Assembly (NCBI GenBank): GCA_014360195.1
Contig: JACIXY010000003.1
Location: 83,692-147,691 of the forward strand
Direction: 5' to 3'
Length of the DNA stretch: 64,000 bases
From: Bacillota bacterium
GTDB taxonomy: Bacteria > Bacillota > SHA-98 > UBA4971
Positions 62,921-64,000 of this stretch are shown in pieces (within the stretch, counting starts at the first letter, position 1; each line of letters begins with the position of its first letter). A program made the position numbers and the translations under genes. A model generated the notes under the pieces. It saw only the letters and a program-made list of their open reading frames with translations. It was not told where the DNA came from and searched no databases.

Positions 62921-63615
62921 TAGTCCCGGCGGCTGCCCCGGAGGATGAGGAGCCGAAGAAGTTGCGTCACCGCGACCGCGGTGGCCGCAAGGTAGGTCAT
63001 TCCGGCAGCGCTCAGCACCTGGCTGGCGTGGCGGAGCTCATCGGTCGTCATGTACCCGCCGTGCCTCAGGAGCGTCAGCGCCCTCCTGCTCGCGTCGTAC
63101 TCAACCGGAAGCGTCACGATGGAGAACGCAACGGCGCCGACGAAGAGCCAGATCCCCAGGGTCATCAGCCACTCGAGTCCGGTCCCCGCGAAGATGAAGC
63201 CTATGAGGAACAGCGGGAACGCGAGGTTCGAGCCAAACGTCGCCACCGGCACGAGGCTCGAGCGGATGGCGAGCGGCACATAGCCGGTCGCGTGTTGTAT
63301 GGCGTGACCGGCTTCGTGCGCTGCGACGCCGAGCGCAGCAAGTGAACTGCCGCTGTACACCTCGGGCGACAGGCGAAGGACCTTTGCCCGTGGGTCATAA
63401 TGGTCCTGCAACCTCCCTGGGATCTGTTCGATTCGCACAGAGCTGAGCCCGCTGCCATCGAGGATGTGCCGGGCCACCTCGGCTCCACTCACACCGCTAC
63501 GTGCCCTTACCCTGGAGTAGGTGTTGAACACGCTCTGCACCGTGCTCTGCGCCCACAAGGCGAACAGCATCGCAGGGAATATCAGAATGTAAGTGGGGTC
63601 CCAGAAAAACATCAT
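62920..63615 (-). CDS. yugP: YugP-like membrane zinc metallopeptidase
   Basis: DHYDP, AAHEAGHA, TLPVEYDAS. Confidence 0.9.
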   Translation of the reverse strand: MMFFWDPTYILIFPAMLFALWAQSTVQSVFNTYSRVRARSGVSGAEVARHILDGSGLSSVRIEQIPGRLQDHYDPRAKVLRLSPEVYSGSSLAALGVAAHEAGHAIQHATGYVPLAIRSSLVPVATFGSNLAFPLFLIGFIFAGTGLEWLMTLGIWLFVGAVAFSIVTLPVEYDASRRALTLLRHGGYMTTDELRHASQVLSAAGMTYLAATAVAVTQLLRLLILRGSRRD

Positions 63616-64000
63616 CCAACCCTCCTCGGACATCGGTCCTTAGTTTGACCGCGTGAAACCGGTGCCGCTTCTTCAGGCGCGCGACACCTGTTACGGAATT
63701 GTCGTTCTTACCTAATTATAATCGACCAGGCGCCCGGATTAAACCCACTCCCCTCTCCGTGTCGAGTTCGGAGCTTGCTGCCGCCTTCCCAGGGACTTCC
63801 GGTGTTGCAGCCCGGGTTCCCACTCCCAGAGCCAAAACGGGTCTCGCGGAGCTTCCTAACAAAACTCAAGCACAGGCGGCCCGACACCCAATGCCAGTCC
63901 CAAAAGCGCTGCGGATTCCGGGCAACGAACTCAGTTCCCCACAACCGTACCCGGCTTCGCAGGGTGGCCACGGAGGTAGTCGGCAGCCGACATGCGCCTG

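Noticed and set aside
63700-64000. Further MITE copy or gene at the window end
   Set aside because: Only a partial CCGGTGTTGCA match with no closing repeat; the region is cut by the window edge.

Overview
High-GC chromosomal segment from an endospore-forming Bacillota (inferred from spo0A, spoIVB, dpaAB, sleB and tepA/ylzJ). From left to right it carries: a PucR regulator divergent from a GNAT / Cys-less thiolase-fold / DUF35 operon; an F-type ATP synthase operon (atpEFHAGDC) with a Na+-type c subunit but no atpB; then a long minus-strand run (DGC, kinase-NDT fusion, M20 peptidase, PHP, hup, rodZ, ftsK, Na/Pi, uppP, tepA, ABC pair, rnj, dap/dpa genes, spore hydrolases, dinG, nfo, steAB cluster, a manC-manB-GT4 insert, spo0A, spoIVB, rsmB, yugP). 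The best novelty candidate is an ORF-free ~415-nt + strand RNA at 17707-18121. By eye it folds into a closing stem plus five arms joined by repeated GAGCNAA linkers, and it sits directly behind a sigmaF/sigmaG-like promoter. The second highlight is a modular, TA-duplicating MITE family (about 10 copies) with interchangeable arms, an invertible core and a nested insertion. No tRNA, rRNA, CRISPR array or transposase was seen. All calls come from reading the sequence; no searches or folding programs were run.
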